DNA of 56,086 nt from a virus (Duplodnaviria > Caudoviricetes): IMG/VR virus record IMGVR_UViG_3300030330_003336, positions 1-56,086 of that record; one strand, 5' to 3'. Under the pieces are notes generated by a model. That model searched no databases and had not been told where the DNA came from. It worked only from the letters and a program-made list of their open reading frames with translations. A program made the position numbers and the translations under genes. This document shows, in pieces, positions 45,493 through 55,452 of this stretch; position 1 is the first letter of the stretch, and every line of letters begins with the position of its first letter.

Positions 45493-47049
45493 TTATGACG
45501 CAGATAATATTCCACATGATAACGGGTTACGAACTATGATTCCTGACTCAGACATAACGTGACACTCAAACTTGTCGTCAGCGTTAGCAGCCATCATCGA
45601 CTTTTGATCATGCGGGTTGATCATACCAGCTACGTACTTTTTGATAAAAGAACGGTTAGTACCCTCAGCACCTTTAGTAATCAATTCAATATTAGATACA
45701 CCAGAAGTCTTACCGAAATCTAGGAATACCATTTTAGCAGATTCTTTCAATCTGTTATCACCGAATGCGTTAGTACCTGAAGCAGTGCTGTGTAAGTTTG
45801 CATCATCGAATACAGGACAGTAAGCCATTGTAAGCTTGTTCCCTAATGCTTCGTAAGATACAAAATTAGCACCTAAAGATACATCTCCACTAACACCATT
45901 CATAGAACCACCAGTGAATGATCCAGAAGGAGCAATCAATAGGTCTTTCATAGCTTTGTGAAATGCTAAACGTCCTTCAGTACCTGTAAATACAACGTAT
46001 TCGTTACCTTCAGCGTTTGTTGCATTTAACGAAAGTTTCGCTAAGAACTCAGTAATAATATCTTCTGTTAAAGCACCTAGTGTATAAGACGCCTGGTTAG
46101 AAGAATCAATCTGCGCTAATAAACCATCACCTGTTACGATGCTGTTACTTTGAGTACCAGAACTTCCTAAAGATGAAGTTGAATAAGCGCCTGGTCTTGC
46201 TACTTCAGTGTTAGTAACTGATCTACGACCATACCATCTTTGAAGCTCTTGCTGATACATGAACTCATCCATCATCATTTGCTCTTTAGTAAAGTACCAT
46301 AGACGGTGACCATTGTTTTCAATCCAAGTAACATCAGTAAGATCTTTACCTGTAACTGAACACTTCTTACGCATTGTAGTTAAGAAGTTAGTATAAGTAT
46401 CTGGGTATACGTAGTTTTCACCTACATCAGCTCCATTAGAACCGTTAGGGAAAGCTGAACCAATAGAAGCAACAATTGCCTCATCAGTAATATCAGCTGT
46501 TTGTAAACCAGCTACTACAGATGTTCCATCATGAGCACCAACCATTTCGAATTTTACAATGTGATCAGTTGCTGCACCAGATGCAGAAGTGTTTGCAATT
46601 GGATCTTCCAATACTAAAGCTGTAGCTCCAGACTGGAAACGAACCATATCAAACTTGTTTAAGAAGTCGCCAGTTCTATTGTTAGAAGCTGTAGCGCCTT
46701 CGATAATTAAATAGAATACATCTCCATTTGCGTCAGCGTCATCAATTGTATTACCAACCGTAGTGGTAACAGAAGCTGCTGCTGTAAATGTAGTTCCATT
46801 AGTTGAGAAAAAGCCTACGTTGAAAGAAGGAGCGTTATAACGTCCCATTACTTTCCACTCGAAAGAATTATCTCCTAATACTTTCTCAGCTGCATGACGG
46901 CCTGTCTTTTCTAATAGAAAAGTTGCCGAATAACGAGGATACTGTTGAATCAACGTTTTAGCAATCTCTGGGTATTGCATAAGCGCTGTGTTCAAAGCAT
47001 TCTCAGGTGATGTTCCAGAACCATAGGTTCCTTTATAAACTCTTGCCAT
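45493..47049 (-). CDS. Major capsid protein (HK97 fold, crAss-like)
   Basis: 518 aa; NSFEWKVMG, NFLTTMRK, TGDGLLAQI, VFTGTEG, SESGIIVRNP; C-ending codon bias suggests high expression; synteny. Confidence 0.85.
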   Translation of the reverse strand: MARVYKGTYGSGTSPENALNTALMQYPEIAKTLIQQYPRYSATFLLEKTGRHAAEKVLGDNSFEWKVMGRYNAPSFNVGFFSTNGTTFTAAASVTTTVGNTIDDADANGDVFYLIIEGATASNNRTGDFLNKFDMVRFQSGATALVLEDPIANTSASGAATDHIVKFEMVGAHDGTSVVAGLQTADITDEAIVASIGSAFPNGSNGADVGENYVYPDTYTNFLTTMRKKCSVTGKDLTDVTWIENNGHRLWYFTKEQMMMDEFMYQQELQRWYGRRSVTNTEVARPGAYSTSSLGSSGTQSNSIVTGDGLLAQIDSSNQASYTLGALTEDIITEFLAKLSLNATNAEGNEYVVFTGTEGRLAFHKAMKDLLIAPSGSFTGGSMNGVSGDVSLGANFVSYEALGNKLTMAYCPVFDDANLHSTASGTNAFGDNRLKESAKMVFLDFGKTSGVSNIELITKGAEGTNRSFIKKYVAGMINPHDQKSMMAANADDKFECHVMSESGIIVRNPLSCGILSAS

Positions 47050-47137
47050 TTTAAATTACTTTTAAAAATTATTAAACACTTATTATTAACCAGAGTATTT
47101 TACGTAACTTTCGGGCATCGCCCTATTGTATTGCAAG

Positions 47138-48196
47138 TTACTCTCTTATAAATGCAGCAGGATCAAAACCACCTTTTTTAACATTGGTTCTAGGTCTTGT
47201 CTTGCCGCTTAAACTTGGTGAGGTAATTTCATTTAATATTTTAGCCTTACCATCTTCCAAGCCTTGCGAACGAAGGATCTTAGCAAACTTGTCTTTAAAT
47301 AACATAAACATAGCAACCTCCGAAGCATTGTCGTGAGATTTCCAAATGTCCTCAGCCATTTTTCCTGACGTAATATAATTGTAAGCATCCTTTGCTTGCG
47401 CTCTTGTTACAGCTCCACCCATAAAAGATTTCATTTCTTTTAGAGTGCCCTGTAATTCTTTTTTATTTCTTGCTACTTTTTCTTTATTAGAAAGCTCTTC
47501 TTGTTGCTTTTCTTTATAGAACTTTGTTTTTTCTTGTTCTATTGCATTGTTAAGCTGTCTACGGATTCTGTAAGCTTCACGCTTCATTACACCAGAATCT
47601 TCCATCTTATCAAGAGCTTCTTCTATTTCAAAGTCTTCCATTCCGTCAACCTTCATCTCAGCTGCTATCAACTCTCTGTCACCATATCCTAAATACTCAT
47701 TTAGTTTATTTATAGTGTCATTATTTGGTTGCTCAATGAATGGTGAATTTAAAGCTTGTATTATATCTTCTTTTGTTGCTCCTTTTATGCCTAACTCATT
47801 AGCAAATGCTTGCCAATCTAATTCTCCAGCTTCTTCAAGATTCGAACTTTCTTCTGCAGGCTGGGTTTCAGTAACCGCTTCTGGCTCTGTGTCCCAGTCT
47901 TCGTCAACTTCTTCAACTGTTTCTTCTTGTTGAGGTTCGTCAACTTCAATATTGTCCCAAGCAAATCCTTCTTCGCTAGTAGGCTCTTCAGTAGATTCTT
48001 CAATCTCGTCTGCTTTGTCTGCTGCTTCTTCATTGTATTTGCCTTGAAATTGTTCCATCATCTGATCACTAGCAAAAGCTAATGGATCAAATTTTTTTTC
48101 TTCTGTTTCTTCTACTGGCGTTTCAACAGTAGGTTCCTGTGTTGTAGTTTCTACAGTCTCTGCTGCTTCAACTAAGTTTGTTTCTTTTTCTGACAT
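47138..48196 (-). CDS. Acidic scaffold-like protein between portal and MCP
   Basis: Very E/D-rich N-half, coiled coil, FDPLAF/FDPAAF motifs at the two ends. Confidence 0.65.
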   Translation of the reverse strand: MSEKETNLVEAAETVETTTQEPTVETPVEETEEKKFDPLAFASDQMMEQFQGKYNEEAADKADEIEESTEEPTSEEGFAWDNIEVDEPQQEETVEEVDEDWDTEPEAVTETQPAEESSNLEEAGELDWQAFANELGIKGATKEDIIQALNSPFIEQPNNDTINKLNEYLGYGDRELIAAEMKVDGMEDFEIEEALDKMEDSGVMKREAYRIRRQLNNAIEQEKTKFYKEKQQEELSNKEKVARNKKELQGTLKEMKSFMGGAVTRAQAKDAYNYITSGKMAEDIWKSHDNASEVAMFMLFKDKFAKILRSQGLEDGKAKILNEITSPSLSGKTRPRTNVKKGGFDPAAFIRE

Positions 48197-48222
48197 ATTA
48201 ATATAATTTGTTCCCTAATCTG

Positions 48223-48230
48223 CAAATATA
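48223..48230 (-). promoter_or_regulatory. Bacteroidota -7 promoter element for the scaffold/capsid operon
   Basis: TATATTTG immediately after the portal stop. Confidence 0.65.
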
Positions 48231-50552
48231 CTAAGAATTTTTAATTGTTTCTTGTATTTGTTGTTTTCGTTCTGGCGTTATACTACCTTCTTGAGCTTCT
48301 TTTGCTGCTTGACTATCCATATTCTCAGCTTTTTCATCTCTACGGTCTTGTTGATCTAACGCTTTTTGTAAATACATTTGCTTGTTTTTAACAGTGTGTG
48401 CAACATCAGCTATTTCGCGTGCATCGTCTGATTTCATGTCTGCAATCTTAAGATCTGTTTCAGCTTGTATTTGTGCAACTTGTATTTTGCCTTCGTTTTT
48501 CAACTGCTCAAGCTGTACATCCTGTTCATGTTCTGCAGCAGCAGCTTCTTGTTGTGCTTGCATCATAGCCTGTTGCTGTTCTGCCTCTGCTTGTTGCGAA
48601 GCTTTCATTTCATCAAGAGCTCTTTCAAGTATATGTTCAGCTTCTGTCATTGTATCAGCTTTCAATACTTTAATAATATCAAGTAACTCTACCTGACCAC
48701 TTTGTAGTGCAGATTGTGCTATTTGTTGTATTACTTGTTTTACAGATTCGTCTTTACCGCTATCTCCAATAAATATACCATAGTCTTGCAAAGCGATATC
48801 AGGCATAACATCTAGAAACTTATACGCACCATCACCAAGTACAATGCTAGCTTTTTTGCCACCAGCCCAACATACTTTCATAAGATTTGTTACCCTTTCG
48901 AATACACGTTTTTTAACCATAGCGTGCGAATAAAACCAACTTTCTGTAATTGTAGCAGATTGCACAACGCTTCTTTGAACATTACCTACATATTCATACT
49001 GTCCTACTGCACCTTCACGTTGAGGTGATACACCAGATATTTGTCCAGCAGTTTGTTCCAGCATCATTTTAAGATTAATGAGTTGCTGTACAGAATTAGA
49101 CAAGGTAAAGTCTATTTGTTGAAATTGATTGAATGATTGTACTTGACCACCCTCATCTTTTGAATTTATAGGAATTATACCATCAGTTTTTAAATGATAG
49201 AGTACTGTCTGTATATCCATTCCAATATTAGTAGGTAGCTGAGATACATCATAAACTACTGCTTTACCACCTGAACGTGCAAGTGCAAGTTCTATTTGAT
49301 ACATTACAACATTGTAAAGCATCTGTATATTTTTAAGTAAAGATACCATAGATACACTACGGCCTGTTGTATTGTTTCTTACAACACCAACATAAGATAA
49401 TGGTGTAGATCCTACGTCATCAACTGATCGTACTTGGTTTGGTCTACGTCTTGCTCGTACAAGTATTTTACCACCAATCTTCGTAGCTTCCCAAATATCA
49501 TCTACATATTTGGTTCGTATCTGTTCGTTTCTTCTTGCTTTATAATCTTCAGCCACTTGTTTCATAAATGGCCTTTCTGGATCGTGTTTATTTTCTGATA
49601 TTTTAAACTTCAATGCTTTTATAGATTTCCATTCTACTGACACTACGCGTATTTTCATTTCGTGTCCATCTTCATAATCTAACCAATCAAACGGATCGTT
49701 ATAAGAAGATAGGTCATCATATGATCCAATTTGATACATAGCAGACAACTCTTGTAATTGTTTTTCGTCTAGCTCATCTCTAAACTCATCAAGTATTTCG
49801 TTGTAGTTCAACCATCTTTCTTCTCCAACCCATTGTGATGAATCAAGATAATCAGTTGTACCACCCATATCATACACTACCGATCTTGGATCTACACGTC
49901 TAAGATAAGGGTTGTTATCTCGCACCTCTACTCTATAAAATTCTTTACCTGTAATAAGCAAATCTCTAAATCCTTCTTTAAATATATCACGATAGTTATA
50001 TCTACTAATCAAATACTCTAAACCATCTTGCGCTGTTTCTTCTACCATTTCACGGTAGTTATATTTCATATATACCTCTATATCATCAGGAAGCTCCATG
50101 TCTGTTGGTTGCGGTATAGCAAACCCAACCTTTTTTTCAAAATCTTTTTGTATTTCACCAACAAGCTCTTTCATCATTAGTGTTACCTTCACATCTTGTT
50201 TACGTATTACAGCCTCTTTATTAACTGTATTTACTTTAACATCAAGAGGTCTTCTAAGATCTTCACCAACTAATAGATCTATCTTTGGAGATATAATAGG
50301 ATAATTAACAAGTCTTGCTGGATACGCCATTCCATATTGTTCTGTAATGTATTTAAAGTCATTCAGTTCAATGTGTCCATTGTATATATTAAAATTTTGT
50401 ATGTCATGCATTCTAGAGTTTTTATATGGGGACTCTGAATAAGACATATATCCAACTACAGCATTAACCCACTGATCACACCATTCGTCAGTTTTATCTT
50501 TTTCTTTTACAAAATGTTGTGGAAATGATGAGTACTTTTTGTTATAATCCAT
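48231..50552 (-). CDS. Portal protein
   Basis: 773 aa; NYPIISPKIDLLVGE, FRDLLITGKEFY, IWEATKIG, ISGVSPQREG; Q-rich coiled-coil barrel; follows TerL. Confidence 0.85.
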   Translation of the reverse strand: MDYNKKYSSFPQHFVKEKDKTDEWCDQWVNAVVGYMSYSESPYKNSRMHDIQNFNIYNGHIELNDFKYITEQYGMAYPARLVNYPIISPKIDLLVGEDLRRPLDVKVNTVNKEAVIRKQDVKVTLMMKELVGEIQKDFEKKVGFAIPQPTDMELPDDIEVYMKYNYREMVEETAQDGLEYLISRYNYRDIFKEGFRDLLITGKEFYRVEVRDNNPYLRRVDPRSVVYDMGGTTDYLDSSQWVGEERWLNYNEILDEFRDELDEKQLQELSAMYQIGSYDDLSSYNDPFDWLDYEDGHEMKIRVVSVEWKSIKALKFKISENKHDPERPFMKQVAEDYKARRNEQIRTKYVDDIWEATKIGGKILVRARRRPNQVRSVDDVGSTPLSYVGVVRNNTTGRSVSMVSLLKNIQMLYNVVMYQIELALARSGGKAVVYDVSQLPTNIGMDIQTVLYHLKTDGIIPINSKDEGGQVQSFNQFQQIDFTLSNSVQQLINLKMMLEQTAGQISGVSPQREGAVGQYEYVGNVQRSVVQSATITESWFYSHAMVKKRVFERVTNLMKVCWAGGKKASIVLGDGAYKFLDVMPDIALQDYGIFIGDSGKDESVKQVIQQIAQSALQSGQVELLDIIKVLKADTMTEAEHILERALDEMKASQQAEAEQQQAMMQAQQEAAAAEHEQDVQLEQLKNEGKIQVAQIQAETDLKIADMKSDDAREIADVAHTVKNKQMYLQKALDQQDRRDEKAENMDSQAAKEAQEGSITPERKQQIQETIKNS

Positions 50553-50554
50553 TA

Positions 50555-52372
50555 TTAATCTTTTTGTGGTATTCCGTTTCTATCTAATTTATAGTAAGTA
50601 AAACCCCAGTCGTCATTTATCTCTTCTTTAACACTTGCTTGAACTCTATAGTTGTCTACATTGTGTATTAAACATAAACCAAATGCTATTGCACGGTCTG
50701 TATTTTTTGTCCCATAAACTGATAGTTCTTCGATTAAATCTAAGAACCATATATCTTCAACGCTCTCTCTAATGTAGTCATCAATAAGATCCTCCATTAG
50801 TGCTTTTACCTGCTTATTCATGTGCACACCATATCTGTTTCTTGTTTTAGTACCAGGGTTGTGTGCAGACTCTGGTTTTTCTTTTAAATACTTTAATGCG
50901 TTCATTCTCTTAAAATAATCTAGTATACCAATCTTTGTATATTCGACTAACATTTTAGCATTATAGTATATTGCTAATTTTAAACATCCATCCCAAAAAT
51001 CTTCTTTCTTTTCAGGTCTATCCGTATACTCTGCTACCACTAAATCATGTGCATTATCGGTATCCAAAAATCTTCTGTATATAATAGCAGAACCCAAAGA
51101 GTCTGAAGCTCCAGCTTGATCTTGATCATAAGAGTCAATACCACCAATATCTAAATGATTGTATTCTTCTTGTGGATGATGTAATATCTTATAAGGTCCT
51201 TCTGGATGTGGTCTCCAACGTACAACAAACTTTTCCTCTTTATCAAACTCCCAATCTAAAAACCCTTGTTGTATTTGACTTCTGTAGTCTTTACTACCAA
51301 GTATTCTAGATCTTTGTGCATTTAATAAAGAGTTATCAAATCTTGCAGTTTTTGTATTTAAAAATGCTTCTTGTATAGTTAATGGATAGTTTTGTATATG
51401 TAAGTTGTAAGCTTCTCTATCTCCAGATGCAGCAATGTTTTCTCTTTCTTCTATCAACTCATCTTTTGCTTCTTGTACATATTCAGCTCCTGTTTTAACA
51501 TCAAAGAAACCATAGTAAGCTCTTGATGCAGGAATAAACATAGGTACAAGATTGTATGCGTCAGATTCATAATACATATCCATAAAATCCTTAGAGGCTT
51601 TCGTAATGTCACCACCAGTACCTCCAACAATAGGAACTCCAAACTGTAAGTTCCCATCCATAAAGCAGGCCTTAGAAGACATATACGCGTTCTTTAAATG
51701 CTTGAACTCACCAGCTTCTTCAAATATCATTAGTGATACACGCTCACCCTTAAATACTTCTGGGTTGTCCATTGTTCTGCATATAATCGTAGATTGATAA
51801 CCTCCTATCTCCCACTTACCGTCTTTGTTCTTTTGTTTATATCCAGATCGTAGTATACCATCTGTATCTCTTAGAACAGAGTGTTTAAAGTTGGAGTGTA
51901 GTCCATTCAAACCTTTTTTAGTTTTATCAAAGAACGCATCTGCTGTAGCTTGCAGACCAGCTGCTATACCTACATCATTAAATGGAAAGAATGTATACTC
52001 GTGTGCAATCATTCCAGAGTTCATATAACTAAAGCCCTTATCACGAGCTTTAATCACAATCATTCCTGTTCCATTTTTTTTACATTGTTCAAACGTATCA
52101 AAATACTCATGATCCATTTGACGATACCAAGGACTAATTAAAGTTTTACGAGATCCAGTTGTACCATCGTTTCCTAGTATCTTATAATAATTCAAGTAAA
52201 AATAATATTTACCTGAAATTTTTTTCATTCCTTTGGGTTTAAATCCGTTGATACATCTATCAAGTTCTTGTTCCCAATATTCTTGGTAGGCTACAGAGTC
52301 AGGGCTAAGATCAGGATGACCATTGTTAGGAACAGGTCTATACCTTTGTGGATCTTTTTTTGCTCTAGCCAT
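50555..52372 (-). CDS. terL: Terminase large subunit
   Basis: Walker A KARDKGFS, Walker B LMIFEEAG, GGTGG coupling motif, nuclease motifs GGIDSY and NTDRAIA. Confidence 0.92.
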   Translation of the reverse strand: MARAKKDPQRYRPVPNNGHPDLSPDSVAYQEYWEQELDRCINGFKPKGMKKISGKYYFYLNYYKILGNDGTTGSRKTLISPWYRQMDHEYFDTFEQCKKNGTGMIVIKARDKGFSYMNSGMIAHEYTFFPFNDVGIAAGLQATADAFFDKTKKGLNGLHSNFKHSVLRDTDGILRSGYKQKNKDGKWEIGGYQSTIICRTMDNPEVFKGERVSLMIFEEAGEFKHLKNAYMSSKACFMDGNLQFGVPIVGGTGGDITKASKDFMDMYYESDAYNLVPMFIPASRAYYGFFDVKTGAEYVQEAKDELIEERENIAASGDREAYNLHIQNYPLTIQEAFLNTKTARFDNSLLNAQRSRILGSKDYRSQIQQGFLDWEFDKEEKFVVRWRPHPEGPYKILHHPQEEYNHLDIGGIDSYDQDQAGASDSLGSAIIYRRFLDTDNAHDLVVAEYTDRPEKKEDFWDGCLKLAIYYNAKMLVEYTKIGILDYFKRMNALKYLKEKPESAHNPGTKTRNRYGVHMNKQVKALMEDLIDDYIRESVEDIWFLDLIEELSVYGTKNTDRAIAFGLCLIHNVDNYRVQASVKEEINDDWGFTYYKLDRNGIPQKD

Positions 52373-52583
52373 ATTTTATTTTTCTTGTCCTACCAATTTT
52401 ATAAGGATCTTTATAATCCTCTTTTTGTTCTAAGTTAGAGTGGTATGCTTCATCTATATCAACACCGTGTATAGACTTAGCATACTCACTAACTTCTTTT
52501 GCCTTTCTCCAATTACCTTGTTTGTATAGTTTATTAAATCTATACTTAAGGTTTTGCAAATCGGGCTTTTTATCTTTAGACAT
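52365..52583 (-). CDS. Hypothetical protein
   Basis: 72 aa, coupled to both neighbours. Confidence 0.6.
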   Translation of the reverse strand: MSKDKKPDLQNLKYRFNKLYKQGNWRKAKEVSEYAKSIHGVDIDEAYHSNLEQKEDYKDPYKIGRTRKIKYG

Positions 52584-53269
52584 TAGTCTAGTTGACGATA
52601 GCTACCACCTGATTTAGGTTTTTTCATATGACCTCCACCTGGATATGTCATTTTACCGCCACCAGGCATCTTCATTTTACCACCGTGTCTGTATGTATCT
52701 TTTTTCATACCACCGTGTTTGTATGAATTTTTCATCATACCTCCGCCCATAAAATCTTTATCAGCAGCAGTCATTCTTCCGCCCATCATCATTTTTTGCT
52801 CGTAACGTCCACCAGCATCAAAACGACCTCTTAAGCCTTTCAAAGCGCCAAATACACCTCTTCTTGTTTTCTTTTTAAGTCTACTCATTGCACTTTTAGC
52901 TCTACGTGTTGCTGCTTTACCAGTGGCGCGAGCAGCACGAGCTTTTTTAGCAGCAGCACTTATACCTTTACCAGCCAAATTTCTTGTTCCACGCATTAAG
53001 CCTGCAACACCTCTACCTGGTCTTCTTAATGGTTTTTTAACCATTTTGCCTGCAGTACCTCTAACTGCACCTAAAACACCTCTGGTAAGTTTTTTTGCTA
53101 CAGATTTAGCACCACGAGCTGGTTTACGAGTTCTTCTTGCGGCTGCACTCACTGCACCTCTTAATGATTTTCTAGCAGCACCTGAACCTCTACGGGCAGC
53201 TCTTGCTAACTTAGTGGCTCCTAGGCCACGAGCGAGACGTCTCTTTCTACGTCTAAGTCTTCTAAACAT
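52583..53269 (-). CDS. Protamine/histone-like Arg/Lys-rich protein with xxxGG repeats
   Basis: The N-terminal ~150 aa are R/K/A/G-rich with no acidic residue; the tail has eight xxxGG motifs and ends SYRQLD. Confidence 0.7.
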   Translation of the reverse strand: MFRRLRRRKRRLARGLGATKLARAARRGSGAARKSLRGAVSAAARRTRKPARGAKSVAKKLTRGVLGAVRGTAGKMVKKPLRRPGRGVAGLMRGTRNLAGKGISAAAKKARAARATGKAATRRAKSAMSRLKKKTRRGVFGALKGLRGRFDAGGRYEQKMMMGGRMTAADKDFMGGGMMKNSYKHGGMKKDTYRHGGKMKMPGGGKMTYPGGGHMKKPKSGGSYRQLD

Positions 53270-53292
53270 GTCTAATTATTTTAAATTAAATA

Positions 53293-53448
53293 TTAACGAT
53301 GCTGGCGTAGGCGGCCACCAGCTTTCATTTTTTTCATTTTACCTCCGCCATACATTTTGCTGCCCCTTAGCATTTTAAAATCTTGTGCGTCTATACGCCC
53401 ATTATTATTTTTGTCTAATTTCTTTTGTTTACCCTTTAACTTTGCCAT
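53293..53448 (-). CDS. 51-aa basic protein with EF-hand-like loop, not in the ORF track
   Basis: MAKLKGKQKKLDKNNNGRIDAQDFKMLRGSKMYGGGKMKKMKAGGRLRQHR; TAATG-coupled. Confidence 0.7.
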   Translation of the reverse strand: MAKLKGKQKKLDKNNNGRIDAQDFKMLRGSKMYGGGKMKKMKAGGRLRQHR

Positions 53449-53984
53449 TACTTAATATTTTCAGTTATTTCTTTTTTATTTTCTAAAAACGACAACTTTT
53501 TGTCGCCTGCTATTTTTTGCCTTTCTCCCCTTCTGTCAATTGCATCAACTAATGTTTGTCTTGTCTTGTATATTTTTTCAATACCAATCATTATTTTCTG
53601 CAATCCTTCAGCAGTCTCTTCGTTAATACTCATATTGTTCATATAAGTAGTGAATTGACTAATCTTTGTGTTAAAGGCTATAAGCTGTTCATCCAACGGA
53701 TCAAACTGTAATTGCTTATATTTATCCATCGCTGCAAGTATCTCTGGTCTTTTAGCACCGTACCATTCATACTTATTGTAAAGGTCTCTGCTTACAGCTT
53801 TCTTTCTCTCATCTTCAACAAAGTGTCTATAAGGACTATCGTAGTCACATACAAGTGCTACCCACTTCATTGCAGTAGAGCCAAGCTTGTCAGCTTTGAG
53901 GACCTTCATAAACTCTGGAACCCCCGTTACTCCATCATCATCTTTGAATATGTCCCCCTGTCTATTTAACTTAATTAAATACAT
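53448..53984 (-). CDS. Conserved-type helical protein upstream of terL (small terminase candidate)
   Basis: Likely start MYLIKL at 53984 after TATTTTTG; WVALVCDYDSPYR; helical C-half. The TerS role is inferred from position only. Confidence 0.5.
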   Translation of the reverse strand: MYLIKLNRQGDIFKDDDGVTGVPEFMKVLKADKLGSTAMKWVALVCDYDSPYRHFVEDERKKAVSRDLYNKYEWYGAKRPEILAAMDKYKQLQFDPLDEQLIAFNTKISQFTTYMNNMSINEETAEGLQKIMIGIEKIYKTRQTLVDAIDRRGERQKIAGDKKLSFLENKKEITENIK

Positions 53985-53992
53985 ACTCAATG

Positions 53993-54000
53993 CAAAAATA
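53993..54000 (-). promoter_or_regulatory. Bacteroidota -7 promoter element
   Basis: TATTTTTG, 8 nt upstream of the ATG at 53984. Confidence 0.55.
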
Positions 54001-54004
54001 GTAA

Positions 54005-54292
54005 TTATTTGCCACAATACTCTAAATGAAGCTCATATAACCAAACCCACGGTCTTCCGTTAGGTTGTATAATAGAATTTTCAGGACCTTCAATTACTAT
54101 ATGATTTGGATTTTTTACATAACTTATCTTGTCTTTTTTGACATAAAACTCCATCGCCTTACATTGATTTATAAGGTGACTTTCATTGTCAAACAAGTCT
54201 TCAAGTTTATTAAAATATTTTTTTAGTAGATATAGGTTGTCATCAAAAACCCAGATCTCCCCGTCTTCTGAATATAATTTGTCTAATAGCAT
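54005..54292 (-). CDS. Hypothetical protein
   Basis: 95-aa ORF directly after a promoter element. Confidence 0.6.
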   Translation of the reverse strand: MLLDKLYSEDGEIWVFDDNLYLLKKYFNKLEDLFDNESHLINQCKAMEFYVKKDKISYVKNPNHIVIEGPENSIIQPNGRPWVWLYELHLEYCGK

Positions 54293-54296
54293 AATA

Positions 54297-54304
54297 CAAA
54301 TATA
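54297..54304 (-). promoter_or_regulatory. Bacteroidota -7 promoter element
   Basis: TATATTTG-TATT-ATG. Confidence 0.6.
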
Positions 54305-54327
54305 AAAAAAAGAGGCCGCAAGGCCTC
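54304..54327 (-). terminator. Intrinsic terminator
   Basis: GAGGCC-ttgc-GGCCTC followed by T8 on the minus strand. Confidence 0.8.
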
Positions 54328-54359
54328 GAATTTTTTCAATACTAAAATCAAAGATTTTA

Positions 54360-54815
54360 TTATCTCATTAATAGTCTGTTAGCGAAAGCTAATCGGTTCT
54401 GGCCCATGTCTTGTAGTGGTTGCATAGGCTGTCCAAACATATTCATATAAGGATTCATGTATGTTTGTTGCATCATATATGGATTTACTGCAGGCATATT
54501 AAAAGCTGCATTCATAGGAGGATTCATTTGTGGTTGTACAAAACCTCCAGAAACCTGTGGCTCTCTTGCAGCCATACTTACAGGTCTAGGTCTAGGTCTT
54601 GTAACAGGTCTGTTAGGATCTCTAACTTCTCCTTCTTCTTCTTCCTCACCAACTCTACCATCTACCCTTGATGGCATTGTGTTTTCCATTTGAGAAAAAT
54701 AGTCTCTGCCCGATAATTCATTAAATCGCTGCATAGGTCGTGACATTTGTGCCACTGGCGTTCCATAAGGATTGCCTTTTTGTAATTGACTTTCGTAAAA
54801 ATTTTGTCTTGCCAT
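54360..54815 (-). CDS. Low-complexity Met/Gln/Pro/Asn-rich protein
   Basis: 151 aa; NPYM repeats, poly-E and RPRPRP. Confidence 0.6.
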   Translation of the reverse strand: MARQNFYESQLQKGNPYGTPVAQMSRPMQRFNELSGRDYFSQMENTMPSRVDGRVGEEEEEGEVRDPNRPVTRPRPRPVSMAAREPQVSGGFVQPQMNPPMNAAFNMPAVNPYMMQQTYMNPYMNMFGQPMQPLQDMGQNRLAFANRLLMR

Positions 54816-54827
54816 TTTATTATTTTA

Positions 54828-55448
54828 TTATCCTTTTCTATAAGGTATGAATATTTTAACTTTACTTCCTTCTCCTTCTCTCGATCCGTATTTTTCTGCT
54901 ACATTGTGTCTAAGGTAATTGTAGGTACCTGCATCATTTGCTTTTTCTGGATCAAAGTAATTATAATTAAATTGATCAGTAATTAAATAACCCCCCTCTA
55001 CTTCTTTCACGCTTGCTTGACCTAATAACGTTTTCATTCTATCATAGGGATTAGTAAGCTTTGTCATTATACTTGATTTACCAACATGTGTAGCACCCTG
55101 TGTATTGTAATCATTATAACCAATCTTATTAGATAGATTTCTGTCTGTGATAATATTATACAAAGCATCTATATCATCTTTATTTAAACTCTTTTCAGTA
55201 ATACCACCTTCACCACCCAATATATCCATAACAAACTGTGATGCATTTACGGGTACACCACGTTGCCCAGCAAAATCTCTTAATATACCGCTTACACCAC
55301 GAAACTTAACATCTTCCTGTGTTTGTGCTATAACATTATTAAGTCCTTCTATAGTTTCCTTAATAGTATACTCGTGCCACTTCTTTGTTTCCTCTGCTTC
55401 TGCAGCACCACTAGCATTAGGGTTATTTACATACGGATTCTTTGACAT
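54828..55448 (-). CDS. Hypothetical phage protein, first gene of the late strand
   Basis: 206 aa; KTLLGQA...YLITDQFNY motif. Confidence 0.65.
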   Translation of the reverse strand: MSKNPYVNNPNASGAAEAEETKKWHEYTIKETIEGLNNVIAQTQEDVKFRGVSGILRDFAGQRGVPVNASQFVMDILGGEGGITEKSLNKDDIDALYNIITDRNLSNKIGYNDYNTQGATHVGKSSIMTKLTNPYDRMKTLLGQASVKEVEGGYLITDQFNYNYFDPEKANDAGTYNYLRHNVAEKYGSREGEGSKVKIFIPYRKG

Positions 55449-55452
55449 AATG

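Noticed and set aside
47113-47123. GGGC-atc-GCCC hairpin upstream of MCP as a terminator
   Set aside because: The stem is only 4 bp with no U-tract, and it lies inside the scaffold-MCP transcription unit.
50555-52372. Introns or inteins in TerL, portal, MCP or RNAP
   Set aside because: The ORFs are continuous, TerL, portal and MCP are of normal length, and no intein or homing endonuclease motifs were noticed.
3303-55448. Stop-codon reassignment (TAG or TGA), as found in some crAss-like phages
   Set aside because: Genes up to 11 kb are intact in code 11, and TAG/TGA end genes at tight junctions (for example 48231, 43176, 13605, 3091).
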